A stretch of DNA of 64,000 nucleotides from a bacterium (lineage in GTDB: Bacteria; Electryoneota; Electryoneia; Electryoneales; Electryoneaceae): positions 4,992,001 through 5,056,000 of the forward strand of contig OY769902.1 in the NCBI GenBank assembly GCA_963669175.1. The letters run 5' to 3'. The notes beneath the pieces are model-generated. The model was not told the origin of the DNA. It saw only the letters and a list, made by a program, of their open reading frames with translations, and ran no database searches. This document shows positions 20,726-30,308 of this stretch, piece after piece (position 1 is the stretch's first letter; each line of letters begins with the position of its first letter). The translations under genes were made by a program, and so were the position numbers.

Positions 20726-20935
20726 CTTTAATGCCTCCCGTATAAGTCTGTATCATCATGTATATCATCCACTTATCCACAACTAGTAATGCAAGAGAGC
20801 CAAATAACCTTGCCCTATTGGAGTTTTTAACTCTTTCGAGAAAATTCGTTGGTATCTTAAAAAAAAATAATACATTATTGATGCGTGGTTCAAGTTTTCT
20901 TTGACAATTTTCATTAAAAGAACCAGGAGCGTACC

Positions 20936-21361
20936 ATGAAACATCTCACATTGATAGCGCTGATCCTCGCATTATTCGGTTTTTCAAACACCATACTTGC
21001 CTCTGGGCATCCACCCGTTGAAGATCCGCCAGCAACAGCCGTTTGGAATCTTGCAGTAGCCTCTACATGGGGGGAAGGAAATCCAGGAATCGATCCTGAT
21101 GCTGCAGGTGTCCTTTACTTGAGAATGGGAATTGTAACAGAATCATCAATTCCCCTTCAACAAGGAACATCATGGTCAGTCACCATTACGGATACTTACC
21201 CATTCCTGACAAGGATGGAATCTGTACTTGAAACTTGTGTTCAATGTGTTGAAGTCTTTCCAGATGGTGGATCTGAAGTAAGTAGCATCGAAACAGATAT
21301 TTCTGTTGGAACCCACACCCACAAGTGGATGTATATGTCAGGTTCCAGTTCGTCCGATTAA
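20936..21361 (+). CDS. hypothetical exported protein
   Basis: AGGAG RBS; signal peptide MKHLTLIALILALFGFSNTILA; followed by a terminator. Confidence 0.7.
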   Translation: MKHLTLIALILALFGFSNTILASGHPPVEDPPATAVWNLAVASTWGEGNPGIDPDAAGVLYLRMGIVTESSIPLQQGTSWSVTITDTYPFLTRMESVLETCVQCVEVFPDGGSEVSSIETDISVGTHTHKWMYMSGSSSSD

Positions 21362-21387
21362 GTGATCCTGCATAAAGAACCACGCAT

Positions 21388-21421
21388 CATCCCCGGTTCA
21401 TTTCCGGGGATGTTTGTTTTT
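21388..21421 (+). terminator. intrinsic terminator
   Basis: catccccgg-N7-ccggggatg followed by tttgttttt. Confidence 0.75.
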
Positions 21422-21577
21422 ACCAAGATAGTTGCGATCAACATATTCAGCATGTTTTGAACAATTATTGAACAATTATGTAAACAAGCTGCGAACCACG
21501 GCAGTGGTTCCCTGTATTAGCCCGGATATTTCACCAGTGCAATTTCAGATGTGGTATTTGATGGAATGACTAGTACA

Positions 21578-22342
21578 AGAACCACGGCAGTGGTTCCCTG
21601 AATTAGCCCACCGTCCAGCGCCGTCTGTTTGGCGCTCACGGTGGGAAAAGAGCGCCGACCTTATTATCAACCCCGGCAGCGGGTTGCCTGGAAAATTCGT
21701 ATACAATATCCAAGCTTAATTATTGAATACCTTACACTTCAGTAAAGCGTTTCATCCAAGGACAAACCGCTCATCGTATTTGATACCCTGCTGGTTGAGA
21801 AAATCAACATATTCCTCTTCGAAGGTTTTGATTTTGTGATGTTCCTCCTGATTGTCAATATAGGATCGGACACTATTGACGATATTATGGCTTACGGAGA
21901 ATGCTGAATAGCCTTCCTGCCAGGCAAAAGAACGATAGCCATCACCTTTATTCCTGATCCATTTTGTTGTGGCACGTTTCATATCACGAACCAACCCGGA
22001 TAACGATTGCAAAGAGGCCTGGTTGTAGAGGATGTGAACGTGATCGGGCATTCCATTGATGGTGATACATTCACAGGAACGGTTCTTCAGGAAGGTGGTC
22101 ATATGGGCGTCAAGCTCTTTTCGGATGGAAGGATTGACCAGGAAATGAGTGCGATTTTTGGTGGAGAATACCAGGTGCGTGTACATTGCGACATAGGAGT
22201 GTGCCATGATCTGTCTCCCTTCATTCTATAGGCAACCCGCTGCCGGGGTTGATGATGTTTTTGATCCTCTATTCCCACCGTGAGCGCCAAACAGACGGCG
22301 CTGGACGGTGGGCTAATACAGAAAACCACTACCGTGGTTTTT
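21578..22342. mobile_element. RAYT/IS200-type HUH transposase unit bounded by ~110-bp compound inverted repeats
   Basis: 21578-21690 and 22229-22342 are near-identical in inverted orientation (attagcccaccgtccagcgccgtctgtttggcgctcacggtgggaa...atcaaccccggcagcgggttgcct). Confidence 0.85.
21752..22207 (-). CDS. tnpA: IS200/IS605-family Y1 HUH transposase (REP-associated type)
   Basis: HLVFSTKNR, DHVH (HUH), WQEGYSAFSVS, YIDNQEEHH motifs; no tnpB adjacent. Confidence 0.9.
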   Translation of the reverse strand: MAHSYVAMYTHLVFSTKNRTHFLVNPSIRKELDAHMTTFLKNRSCECITINGMPDHVHILYNQASLQSLSGLVRDMKRATTKWIRNKGDGYRSFAWQEGYSAFSVSHNIVNSVRSYIDNQEEHHKIKTFEEEYVDFLNQQGIKYDERFVLG

Positions 22343-22585
22343 GCACCTTCCAAGTTTTATCCTTCCCACCGCGTACACCTGCACAACAGCGCGGGTGTGT
22401 AGGTTATTACAGATAACCACTGCCGTGGTTTAGTGATGTAAAGGTATTCTGTTTACAGTTTGCAGTTTCCACAACAATTGAAACTGTAATAGCCAAAGCC
22501 AACTGATAATATAACATCATGATAAGAATCATTGGCCTCAAATCTCTTTGACCTCAACTAATCTCAGCTAAAATACCTAAATCTA

Positions 22586-24184
22586 CTACCTTCTCTTCAC
22601 AAACCCGACTAATTCCTTCAGTTCTTTCCAGCTCAGAACACGCAATCCGAGAAGCAGCAGCCCGTAGACCACTCCAAACCCGATTCCGGAAAGCAGCAGG
22701 CCGGGAAGCGTGTCCAGCCGTCCCTGGCCTTCGATAAGGGGTGGGATAACCTGAAGTAGCGCCCAGGCGGCCAGTCCGGCGCCGAGGGAGGCCAATACCG
22801 GTCCGATCCAGGCGACACGGAAGAAGGTCCACATCGGTTGTTGCAGGCCGACCAGCGCACGGATTGTCATCACCGTCTGTCCGACCAGCGCAGCCGTTAC
22901 TGTTCCGTACAGCACCCCGATGAAACCGAACAGGTAATAGAAGCTGATGGAAAGCGCCACATTCAGCACAGCCTGCACAGTCGCCGCCAACGCTTCCCAG
23001 CTCGGATGCCCCGCCCCACGTGCGCACAGGCGAAGCGGAACCGTCACCGTCCATGCGATATAGGCGACTGCCAGGAATCGGATGGCGAGAATCATTTCCG
23101 AATGTGGCACCGAGCCAAGCCAGAGAGTCAAGAGAAAAACGGCAGCGAGGTTCAGGTACACCCCGATCGGCAGGGCGATCAGGGACATGTATTTCCCGCT
23201 GCGAAGCAACAATGAGGTAAACCGTTGCTTGTCACCCTGAGCACTGAAAGTCGCTGCGGCTGGTTCGATCACGTAATAGAGCGTAGTCGGAATCAGGTTG
23301 GCGGAGTTGGCCGCTTTCGCGCCGACATCATAGTGAGTAACGCTGTCCAGTCCGGCAACGCGTCCCAGCAAAATACGGTCAAACTGCTGGTTGATCACAT
23401 CGGCGATACGGGTCAACTGTACCGTCATCCCGAACGACCACATGGACTTGAGCGTTTCCCGGTTCACCGCGGCTGGACTGAAACTCCATTCCTTCACCCC
23501 GGCAACACCGAAAATGAAGGTGATCAGCATACGGACCACGCCCACCGTAACCACACCGCCAGCCAGTCCGATCAGCCCCCACCCCAGGCTCAGGACAAAG
23601 ACAATCGTACCTGCGTTAAACAGGGCGAGTCCGGTATTGAATATGGCGAGATGACCGGTACGGTGAGTGGCAAAAAAGAGGTAACGCCCGTAGTTGGTGA
23701 TGAATCCCAAAGCGAGGACCAGCACCATGGATTTCCACACCCACGGCGCTACGTGAGCGAACTCCGACGCATCGGGGAAAAACGCGATAAACCAGGATTC
23801 AAACAGCAGGCCAACCGCGATAATTACCGTGGCGATGACCAGCATAAAGCTCAGTCCGGTGGAAAAGACCGCCTTTTTCAAGTGGCTGTCATTACTCTCC
23901 AGCGCGGTGACAAAATGGCGGTTCAGCGCTGCGGCAAAACCGAAGTCAGCCAGGTTCAGATAGAGGGTTACCGAATAAAAAAGCGCCCACAAACCGTAGG
24001 CGTCAGTTCCAAGACGATGTAATGTAAAGGGAAGGACAAACAGCGCGGCGACAGCTTCCACGATACGGTGTACCATAGTCGCCAAGGTGCCGCGAACCAT
24101 GCTGCGCGCTATGTTGCTCGCGCCGCCGGATTTCCGTGCATTATCGCCGGAATCCTCTGTATCCCCCCGCTGCGGCTCTGTCAC
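22586..24184 (-). CDS. polysaccharide/oligosaccharide flippase (Wzx/MOP family)
   Basis: Multi-TM protein; LGTDAYGLW, ADFGF, DRILLG...V.HY motifs. Confidence 0.85.
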   Translation of the reverse strand: MTEPQRGDTEDSGDNARKSGGASNIARSMVRGTLATMVHRIVEAVAALFVLPFTLHRLGTDAYGLWALFYSVTLYLNLADFGFAAALNRHFVTALESNDSHLKKAVFSTGLSFMLVIATVIIAVGLLFESWFIAFFPDASEFAHVAPWVWKSMVLVLALGFITNYGRYLFFATHRTGHLAIFNTGLALFNAGTIVFVLSLGWGLIGLAGGVVTVGVVRMLITFIFGVAGVKEWSFSPAAVNRETLKSMWSFGMTVQLTRIADVINQQFDRILLGRVAGLDSVTHYDVGAKAANSANLIPTTLYYVIEPAAATFSAQGDKQRFTSLLLRSGKYMSLIALPIGVYLNLAAVFLLTLWLGSVPHSEMILAIRFLAVAYIAWTVTVPLRLCARGAGHPSWEALAATVQAVLNVALSISFYYLFGFIGVLYGTVTAALVGQTVMTIRALVGLQQPMWTFFRVAWIGPVLASLGAGLAAWALLQVIPPLIEGQGRLDTLPGLLLSGIGFGVVYGLLLLGLRVLSWKELKELVGFVKRR

Positions 24185-25077
24185 TGTTCCAGCAGATCCT
24201 TTTGGTTCGTACCGGCCGCTTCAACCGGAACGCTGGCCTTGCCGGTGAAATAGAATATGTACTTCGCCAGACGTTCCTTCATCTCAAGACGTGGCACGAC
24301 CTGGTCCAGGAAGCCCTTGTCCAGCAGGAATTCGCTGCGCTGGAATCCGGACGGCAGATCCTGACCGATTGTCTGCTTGATCACACGTGGTCCGGCAAAC
24401 CCGATCAAGGCGCCCGGCTCGGCTATGTTCAAATCCCCCAGCATGGAAAAGGAAGCGGTTGTACCGCCGGTGGTGGGATCGGTGAGCACCGAGATAAACG
24501 GCAAGCCGGCCTTGGCAAGCTTGGTCAAACGTGCGGATGTCTTCGCCATCTGCATCAGACTGATGACTCCTTCCTGCATCCGCATGCCACCGCTGCAGGA
24601 AAGAACGATAAGCGGACAGTTTTCCTTTACTGCCTTGTCAATCGCACGCGCTATCTTTTCACCGACCACACTGCCAACCGAACCGCCCAGGAAAGAAAAA
24701 TCCATAACCGCCATGACTACCGGATGCCCGGCAAGCTTTCCCGTGCCGGTATGGATTGCTTCGTTGTTGCCGGTTTTCTTCATCGCCGCAGAAATACGGT
24801 CAACGTACTTCTTCGAATCCCGGAAGCCCAACGGATCTATCGAAACCAGGTTCTCATCAAAAGGCGCCCAGGTCTCATCATCAATCAGGAGACGGATATA
24901 GTCAACCCCCTTCATCCGGTTGTGATGTCCGCATTCCGGGCATACAAAAAAGTTGCGTTCCAGCTTCTTCGTATACACGACATTGTCACATGCCGGGCAA
25001 TTGCTCCACAGCCCTTCCGGCATTTCACGCTTGGTCGCACCTTCCAGGCCGCGCACAGTACGTTTGAACCAGCTCAT
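24181..25077 (-). CDS. accD: acetyl-CoA carboxylase carboxyltransferase beta subunit
   Basis: GLWSNCPAC...VCPECGHH zinc finger; GGSVGSVVGEK, SGGMRMQEG, DPTTGG, GFAGPRVI motifs. Confidence 0.97.
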   Translation of the reverse strand: MSWFKRTVRGLEGATKREMPEGLWSNCPACDNVVYTKKLERNFFVCPECGHHNRMKGVDYIRLLIDDETWAPFDENLVSIDPLGFRDSKKYVDRISAAMKKTGNNEAIHTGTGKLAGHPVVMAVMDFSFLGGSVGSVVGEKIARAIDKAVKENCPLIVLSCSGGMRMQEGVISLMQMAKTSARLTKLAKAGLPFISVLTDPTTGGTTASFSMLGDLNIAEPGALIGFAGPRVIKQTIGQDLPSGFQRSEFLLDKGFLDQVVPRLEMKERLAKYIFYFTGKASVPVEAAGTNQKDLLEQ

Positions 25078-25562
25078 CTATCCATCCTGTCAGTTGGTTG
25101 CGTGTCTTCAAGCCACAAGGTCATCAATACCGCATCTTCACCGTTGGAATAATACCTGGGACGAATCCCGACCTGTTCAAATCCGAATGCCTCATACAAC
25201 GCGATGGCGGGCACATTGTTCTGGCGGACCTCAAGATAGGCCACTTGCACCCCATGCTGTTTTATTTCGTCCAGCCATTGAGCAAGAAATTTACGTCCGA
25301 TTCCCCGCCGACGGTGTTCCGGCAGAACTGCAATATTTGCCAAGTGAGCTTCATCCAGAACGATAAAGGAAACCAGATAACCAATCAAGTCCCCGTGGCG
25401 CTTTAATACACGATTCATTGCACCGTGCATGGTCATCATATCGGCAAACATGCCAAAGGTCCAGGCATCCTCGGGAAAACAGCGTAACTCGGCCTCGACT
25501 ACCGTTTCCAGCTCAGCGGTTGTCATGGACTCGTACTGCCAGTCAGACACCTCAGGACTCAT
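25074..25562 (-). CDS. rimI: ribosomal-protein-alanine N-acetyltransferase
   Basis: DEAHLANIAV, RRRGIG, LEVR..N..AI.LY..FGF...G.R..YY..GEDA motifs. Confidence 0.92.
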   Translation of the reverse strand: MSPEVSDWQYESMTTAELETVVEAELRCFPEDAWTFGMFADMMTMHGAMNRVLKRHGDLIGYLVSFIVLDEAHLANIAVLPEHRRRGIGRKFLAQWLDEIKQHGVQVAYLEVRQNNVPAIALYEAFGFEQVGIRPRYYSNGEDAVLMTLWLEDTQPTDRMDR

Positions 25563-25608
25563 GGGTTGCTCTCCCTCAGAAGCTCCGGAGAATGCGAAAC
25601 TTCACGCT

Positions 25609-26403
25609 TCAACAGTTCTGATTTACCATATGCACCACATTCGCCGCCTGTACTGCAGCCGCCACATCATGCACTCGAATCCATTCTACTCCGGCCAGCG
25701 CGCAAAGTGTTACGGCAGCCAATGTACCGGGCAGACGGTCTTTCACATCATCCACCCCGATCAGGGTAAGAAAGCTCTTGCGTGACGGGCCGACCAGCAG
25801 AGGCAAGCCGAGTGACCGGAAAGCATCAAGCTTACCCAGTAAGCGGTAATTCTGTTCCCTGGACTTGCCGAAGCCGATACCCGGATCAAGGATGATTTTC
25901 TCACGGTTTATTCCAGCCGTCTCACAGGCTGAAATCCTGTCTGTGAAATACTCCGTTATCTCCCCGATCAGATCCTTATACTCGGTATCGGTCTGCATGG
26001 TTCGCGGTGTGCCACGCATGTGCATGGCAACATAGGTAGCTCCCGTTTCCGCAACCACCTTCAGCATCTCAGGGTCAAGCATACCCGCCGATACATCGTT
26101 GATCCAGGCAGCGCCGGCCGCCATTGCTTCACGCGCCACGTCCGCCTTGGTGGTATCAATGGAAATGGGTACGTTCGTCATCCCGGAAAGCTGACGAATA
26201 ACAGGCGCAGTCCTGCGGATCTCTTCGTCCACGCTTACTTCGGCTGCGCCGGGACGTGTCGATTCACCCCCGATATCCAGCACAGCAGCGCCTTCCCTGA
26301 CCAATTGAAGACCATGCAGTACTGCCATGTCCGTTGCATCATGTCGCCCCCCATCATAGAACGAATCGGGGGTAACATTAACGATCCCCATTATTTTAGT
26401 CAT
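25609..26403 (-). CDS. folP: dihydropteroate synthase
   Basis: MGIVNVTPDSFYDGG, DIGGESTRPG, SIDT, INDVSA, LDPGIGFGK, SRKSF, RVHDV motifs. Confidence 0.97.
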   Translation of the reverse strand: MTKIMGIVNVTPDSFYDGGRHDATDMAVLHGLQLVREGAAVLDIGGESTRPGAAEVSVDEEIRRTAPVIRQLSGMTNVPISIDTTKADVAREAMAAGAAWINDVSAGMLDPEMLKVVAETGATYVAMHMRGTPRTMQTDTEYKDLIGEITEYFTDRISACETAGINREKIILDPGIGFGKSREQNYRLLGKLDAFRSLGLPLLVGPSRKSFLTLIGVDDVKDRLPGTLAAVTLCALAGVEWIRVHDVAAAVQAANVVHMVNQNC

Positions 26404-26526
26404 GGTTCGCTGGCCTTGTCTGAAAACACCTTCTCGTGCATCGTGCCCCTCCGGGTTGGCAAGATGTTGACATTCTCTTCAACGAAGCAATAGTTTAATG
26501 TTGTATCAGGTGGGTAACCAGGTGGT

Positions 26527-28503
26527 TTGGCTTCTGTAAAACAAAAGATGAGGAGGAGTGCAATGATGAATCGACATGTCCTTTTTCCCCTGCTGGCTTT
26601 ACTGTTATTCGCTACTGCAGGTTTTTCCCAGGAAGGTTGGAGTCTTATCGAATCCCCCGTGGATGTTGATCTCAGGGATGTTGATTTTATGCCCTCGGAT
26701 ACGGCTTATGCTGTTGGAGCGAACGGAGTTATTCTTCGTGGATTTGATAATGGATCCAGTTGGATAGAAGAGGAGTATGAGGGACCTGGTTCCAATCTGC
26801 TGGCCTGTGATATGCAGAATTCAGATGCGAACGCATTCACGGCTGTTGGCGAGACAGGTGCAGTGATCAGCTACCCATGGTACGATCTTGACTCGGGGTT
26901 CAATGCAAATTTTCTTGGCGTACTAACCGTTTCCTTTGATTTTATGCTCGTCGTTGGCGAGAATGAAGATGGCCAGCCTGTGTTTGGCACTATTGATAAT
27001 TATATACTGGATCATCTTGAAGAACTTGGCGAAGGCGCCTGGGAAGGTGTTGCAACCAGTATAATCCGTGATTTCAACTCAACGAATCTGCTCGTTACCA
27101 TATCCCATGCCGATGGAACAGGAAGAATCATCCGTTCGGAAGACTACGGCTCAACTTGGAGCACAGTAGCGATTTCAGATCACGGACTGAATAGCGTAGC
27201 CATGTTTTCCAACAACGCGTTTCGTGTTGCTGTTGGTGATTATGGCACAGTGCTGATTTCTGAAGACAATGGCGTACATTGGTCAGAAGTTGATACTCCT
27301 GTTGAAGAAGACCTCCTGGATGTTGCATTCAGCTATTCCCATACACATCAGCATGTGATTCACGCTGTAGGAACGAATGGAACTATTCTCTTTTCGTCCA
27401 ACAGTGGAGCAACCTGGTACCTGCAAGTTTCCAATACTGACAGCGACTTGCATGGAGTAGCCTGCCAGAGTGGGATTGGCCTGATTGTCGGTGATGACGG
27501 CGTTATTTTGCGTACAACAAATACGGGACTCCTGCCGGATACGGACCCCCCAGGAGCTTTTGACATCGCTTCTCCCGCTGTGGGCAGCACCCAGCCTCGA
27601 GATAGTGTTTGCTTCAGTTGGAATACCGCTGTTGATCCGGAAGGGTATCCTGTCTGGTACAATCTTGTTGTTGAATACAATGAAGAAACTCTTGCTTCAC
27701 GTTATGTACGATATGACACAAGCTACGTGATGGATTTTTACGATTTCGATATTCTTCCTGCCGAAGCCTGTAGTTTGAATTGGTCTGTTTACGCTCATGA
27801 CACTGCACACGAAACACTGGTCAATGGGGCGCCAAATCATTTTTTCATTGAGGCAAATGCAGAGCCGCCTACCGATTTCAGCTTGCTTTCTCCATTGGAC
27901 GGTATTGAGGTAAACCGGGAATGGACACGATTTACATGGGAAACCTCCACGGATCCTGAACATGCTGATGTGTATTATGAAATCACAATATCGATAGGCG
28001 AAGGACTGTTAACCGTTTCAGACACAACCTATCGCAACAGCTTCTCTTACAACTTCTGGGCGGTAACCTCACTTCCACATGAACCGGTGCTTGGTTATTG
28101 GAGTGTCGCCGCGTATGATCCACATCATAGCACTTCTGCAAGCAATGATCCGCAGCCATTTGTTTTAAACGAATGGAACGATGTTGAGGAAGAAACACCA
28201 TCCCTGGCTTCCAGTTTTGAGATTGCTGATGTCTGGCCGAATCCCTTCAATCATGAGGTCCGCATCAGGTATTCACTACCGGAGGCTTCACAGGTTAGAC
28301 TGAACATCGTTGACATACTTGGCCGTAATGTAAAAACCCTGGTCGATCAACCGAGTTCGGCCGGTCAACATGAAGTGTTGTGGTCCGGCGACAACCTGAA
28401 TCACACCCGGGTCAGTTCTGGCACTTACCTGGTACATTTGGACGCTGCGACGTCAAACGGGAACCATTATCATTCGATTCAGAAACTGATTCTCGTCAAG
28501 TAA
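26527..28503 (+). CDS. T9SS cargo with YCF48-like/BNR beta-propeller and Ig/FnIII-like repeats
   Basis: Repeated AVG..G.IL.S.D.G..W; two P..F....P...W....DPE modules; WPNPFN C-terminal domain. True start is probably the ATG near 26563 after GAGGAGGAG. Confidence 0.85.
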   Translation: MASVKQKMRRSAMMNRHVLFPLLALLLFATAGFSQEGWSLIESPVDVDLRDVDFMPSDTAYAVGANGVILRGFDNGSSWIEEEYEGPGSNLLACDMQNSDANAFTAVGETGAVISYPWYDLDSGFNANFLGVLTVSFDFMLVVGENEDGQPVFGTIDNYILDHLEELGEGAWEGVATSIIRDFNSTNLLVTISHADGTGRIIRSEDYGSTWSTVAISDHGLNSVAMFSNNAFRVAVGDYGTVLISEDNGVHWSEVDTPVEEDLLDVAFSYSHTHQHVIHAVGTNGTILFSSNSGATWYLQVSNTDSDLHGVACQSGIGLIVGDDGVILRTTNTGLLPDTDPPGAFDIASPAVGSTQPRDSVCFSWNTAVDPEGYPVWYNLVVEYNEETLASRYVRYDTSYVMDFYDFDILPAEACSLNWSVYAHDTAHETLVNGAPNHFFIEANAEPPTDFSLLSPLDGIEVNREWTRFTWETSTDPEHADVYYEITISIGEGLLTVSDTTYRNSFSYNFWAVTSLPHEPVLGYWSVAAYDPHHSTSASNDPQPFVLNEWNDVEEETPSLASSFEIADVWPNPFNHEVRIRYSLPEASQVRLNIVDILGRNVKTLVDQPSSAGQHEVLWSGDNLNHTRVSSGTYLVHLDAATSNGNHYHSIQKLILVK

Positions 28504-28516
28504 ACCCTTCAAGTTT

Positions 28517-28554
28517 ACCAGTGACAGATTGATCAGTGTCAATCTGTCACTGGT
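28517..28554. terminator. perfect 16-bp hairpin after the T9SS gene
   Basis: accagtgacagattga-N6-tcaatctgtcactggt. Confidence 0.6.
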
Positions 28555-28663
28555 GGACTTTTCTGCTCTGTTTGCTCCATCTCTTTTATTCCCAATCTTT
28601 ACCCACTGGCAACCAAGTACCCTGACAGGTATATTTAATTGTTACCTGAAAAGTATAGAAATA

Positions 28664-28762
28664 TGCCCTCCTACCTGGATCGGGGGGTAGTATTCGAACC
28701 GGGGATATGCCCGGCCGTCCCGCCAGGAACGTAACCTCCTCCACGTTCCGGCGGGTTTTTTG
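28664..28762 (+). ncRNA. candidate sRNA or attenuator leader with anti-SD loop
   Basis: Short hairpins, then cccgcc-a-ggaacgt[aacctcctcc]acgttcc-ggcggg followed by tttttt. Confidence 0.45.
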
Positions 28763-28853
28763 TTTCTCCACTGTAGCCCCTGACACGCGCCTGACTTGCG
28801 GCTCTTACAGGAGGGAAGCTATATTCACGGGCAAGAACCCAAGGGAGGCTATC

Positions 28854-30008
28854 ATGGCGAATCGTCGCGCCTGGATTTTCGCGGAAACGACAAAAGAGTA
28901 CGGTACTCTTCATGTAATGCGTGCAGTTGCACTTGCCCAGGCGGCAAAGATTGAAGGTGTTGCGGATATTCATCTTATGGTCAACACCGAAGCTGGTGAT
29001 CTGGTTAAAAAGTTTGACCTGAAAGAAGTTGATGTCCAGGTACTCGGCGACACTTCGTCCCGGGACTCGCTTCGTGATCATATCCTGAAGCAGGTCGCAC
29101 CCTATACTCACCCCAAGGACGACACTCGCCACCCGAAACCGTTGGTTTTCCTCATCACCAATAATTTTGACCTGGACTTGCAACACGAGTTGTTCAAGGA
29201 TGGAATTGAGTTGATCATGGTGCAGGACGGTGACACACCGACTTGGGCTGACTGGTGCATCCTGCCAACTCCTTATGCTTCCGAACTCGACGTTCCGGAC
29301 AAAAACGGGCGCACCAGGATGCTTCGTGGGGCGCATTTTGACATGTTCCGCATCAAGACGATCAAGAACATCCTGAAGCAGCGTAATCATCCCACATACG
29401 CGGCTCATTTCGCCATCTCAACTGAAAACCTCGACGCTGCCAAATGGCTGCCGTTGATCACGAAGACTATTGCCGCCGTAGAAAAGCCTGATTTTGTTAC
29501 CGGCGAATGGGCGCCGAAGCTGACCATTCTTCCCGGCCCCTTCTGCCCGTCCGATGACGAGCTGAAAAAGCTGACCGGAAGTACTGTGCCAGTTGACGTT
29601 CACAACAACCGTTTCGAATACCAGGACATCCTGATGGATGTTGACATGTTGTTCTCGGCGGATAACACTGTGATGGAAGAAGCGCTTGCACTTGGCACAC
29701 CACGCGCCTGTCTGCCGCGAGCCGGTTCGTCCAAAGATCTCATGGCCGATCATATGCAACGCCGCGAACTGTCGATGCGGTTAGAAGCGTTCGACTCGGC
29801 GGATTTCGAACCGGCGTTTCTCAAAGAGCTGCAGCGTTTGATCTTTGATCCGGGCAACCGTCGCGCACTGACACGTAACGGCCAGTATGTTTGCGATGGC
29901 CTTGGCGCTATTCGCAGCATTCGCCAGGTTGTTTTCACGAAGTACACAGACCTGCAACATGTAACACGGTATTTTGAGCTGGGCGACCCGCTCATAGCCA
30001 AGGTCTGA
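28854..30008 (+). CDS. PseG/SpsG-like GT-B fold protein (nucleotide-sugar hydrolase-like)
   Basis: GGGAGG RBS; N-terminal YGTLHVMRAVALA (cf. GxGHxMRxxxLA) and C-terminal CDGLGA.R. Confidence 0.65.
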   Translation: MANRRAWIFAETTKEYGTLHVMRAVALAQAAKIEGVADIHLMVNTEAGDLVKKFDLKEVDVQVLGDTSSRDSLRDHILKQVAPYTHPKDDTRHPKPLVFLITNNFDLDLQHELFKDGIELIMVQDGDTPTWADWCILPTPYASELDVPDKNGRTRMLRGAHFDMFRIKTIKNILKQRNHPTYAAHFAISTENLDAAKWLPLITKTIAAVEKPDFVTGEWAPKLTILPGPFCPSDDELKKLTGSTVPVDVHNNRFEYQDILMDVDMLFSADNTVMEEALALGTPRACLPRAGSSKDLMADHMQRRELSMRLEAFDSADFEPAFLKELQRLIFDPGNRRALTRNGQYVCDGLGAIRSIRQVVFTKYTDLQHVTRYFELGDPLIAKV

Positions 30009-30143
30009 TAGCTTTAGATAAACATTCTTTCCGGCTGTCCTGGAAAACGGAAATGCTGCCTGTCGCAGGCTTCTGTTTCTGTATTCCAGGGCAGTTTTTT
30101 TTGGGGGGTGTTGTCAGTCTTGAAAATCATGTCGTATTTCAGA

Positions 30144-30232
30144 TAGACACTTGCGTTCAGGCAGACACTTGTGATATGGCAAACACTTGAGATCAAAAGA
30201 CACTGGAGATCAGAAAGACACTGGAGATTATA
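30144..30232. repeat. five degenerate ~18-bp tandem repeats (core ACACT[TG]G)
   Basis: ACACT cores at 30147, 30165, 30183, 30200, 30218. Confidence 0.7.
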
Positions 30233-30308
30233 AAACGCCCGGAAACATGCTGTTCCCGGGCGATTGTTTTCAAAACAGCTCTGCGTTATGCAAAGCTTTC
30301 AGATCAGC

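Noticed and set aside
24136-25152. 338-aa + strand ORF
   Set aside because: Antisense shadow of accD.
28690-28702. tRNA fragment (GGTTCGAAT on the minus strand)
   Set aside because: No cloverleaf or acceptor stem can be built around it.
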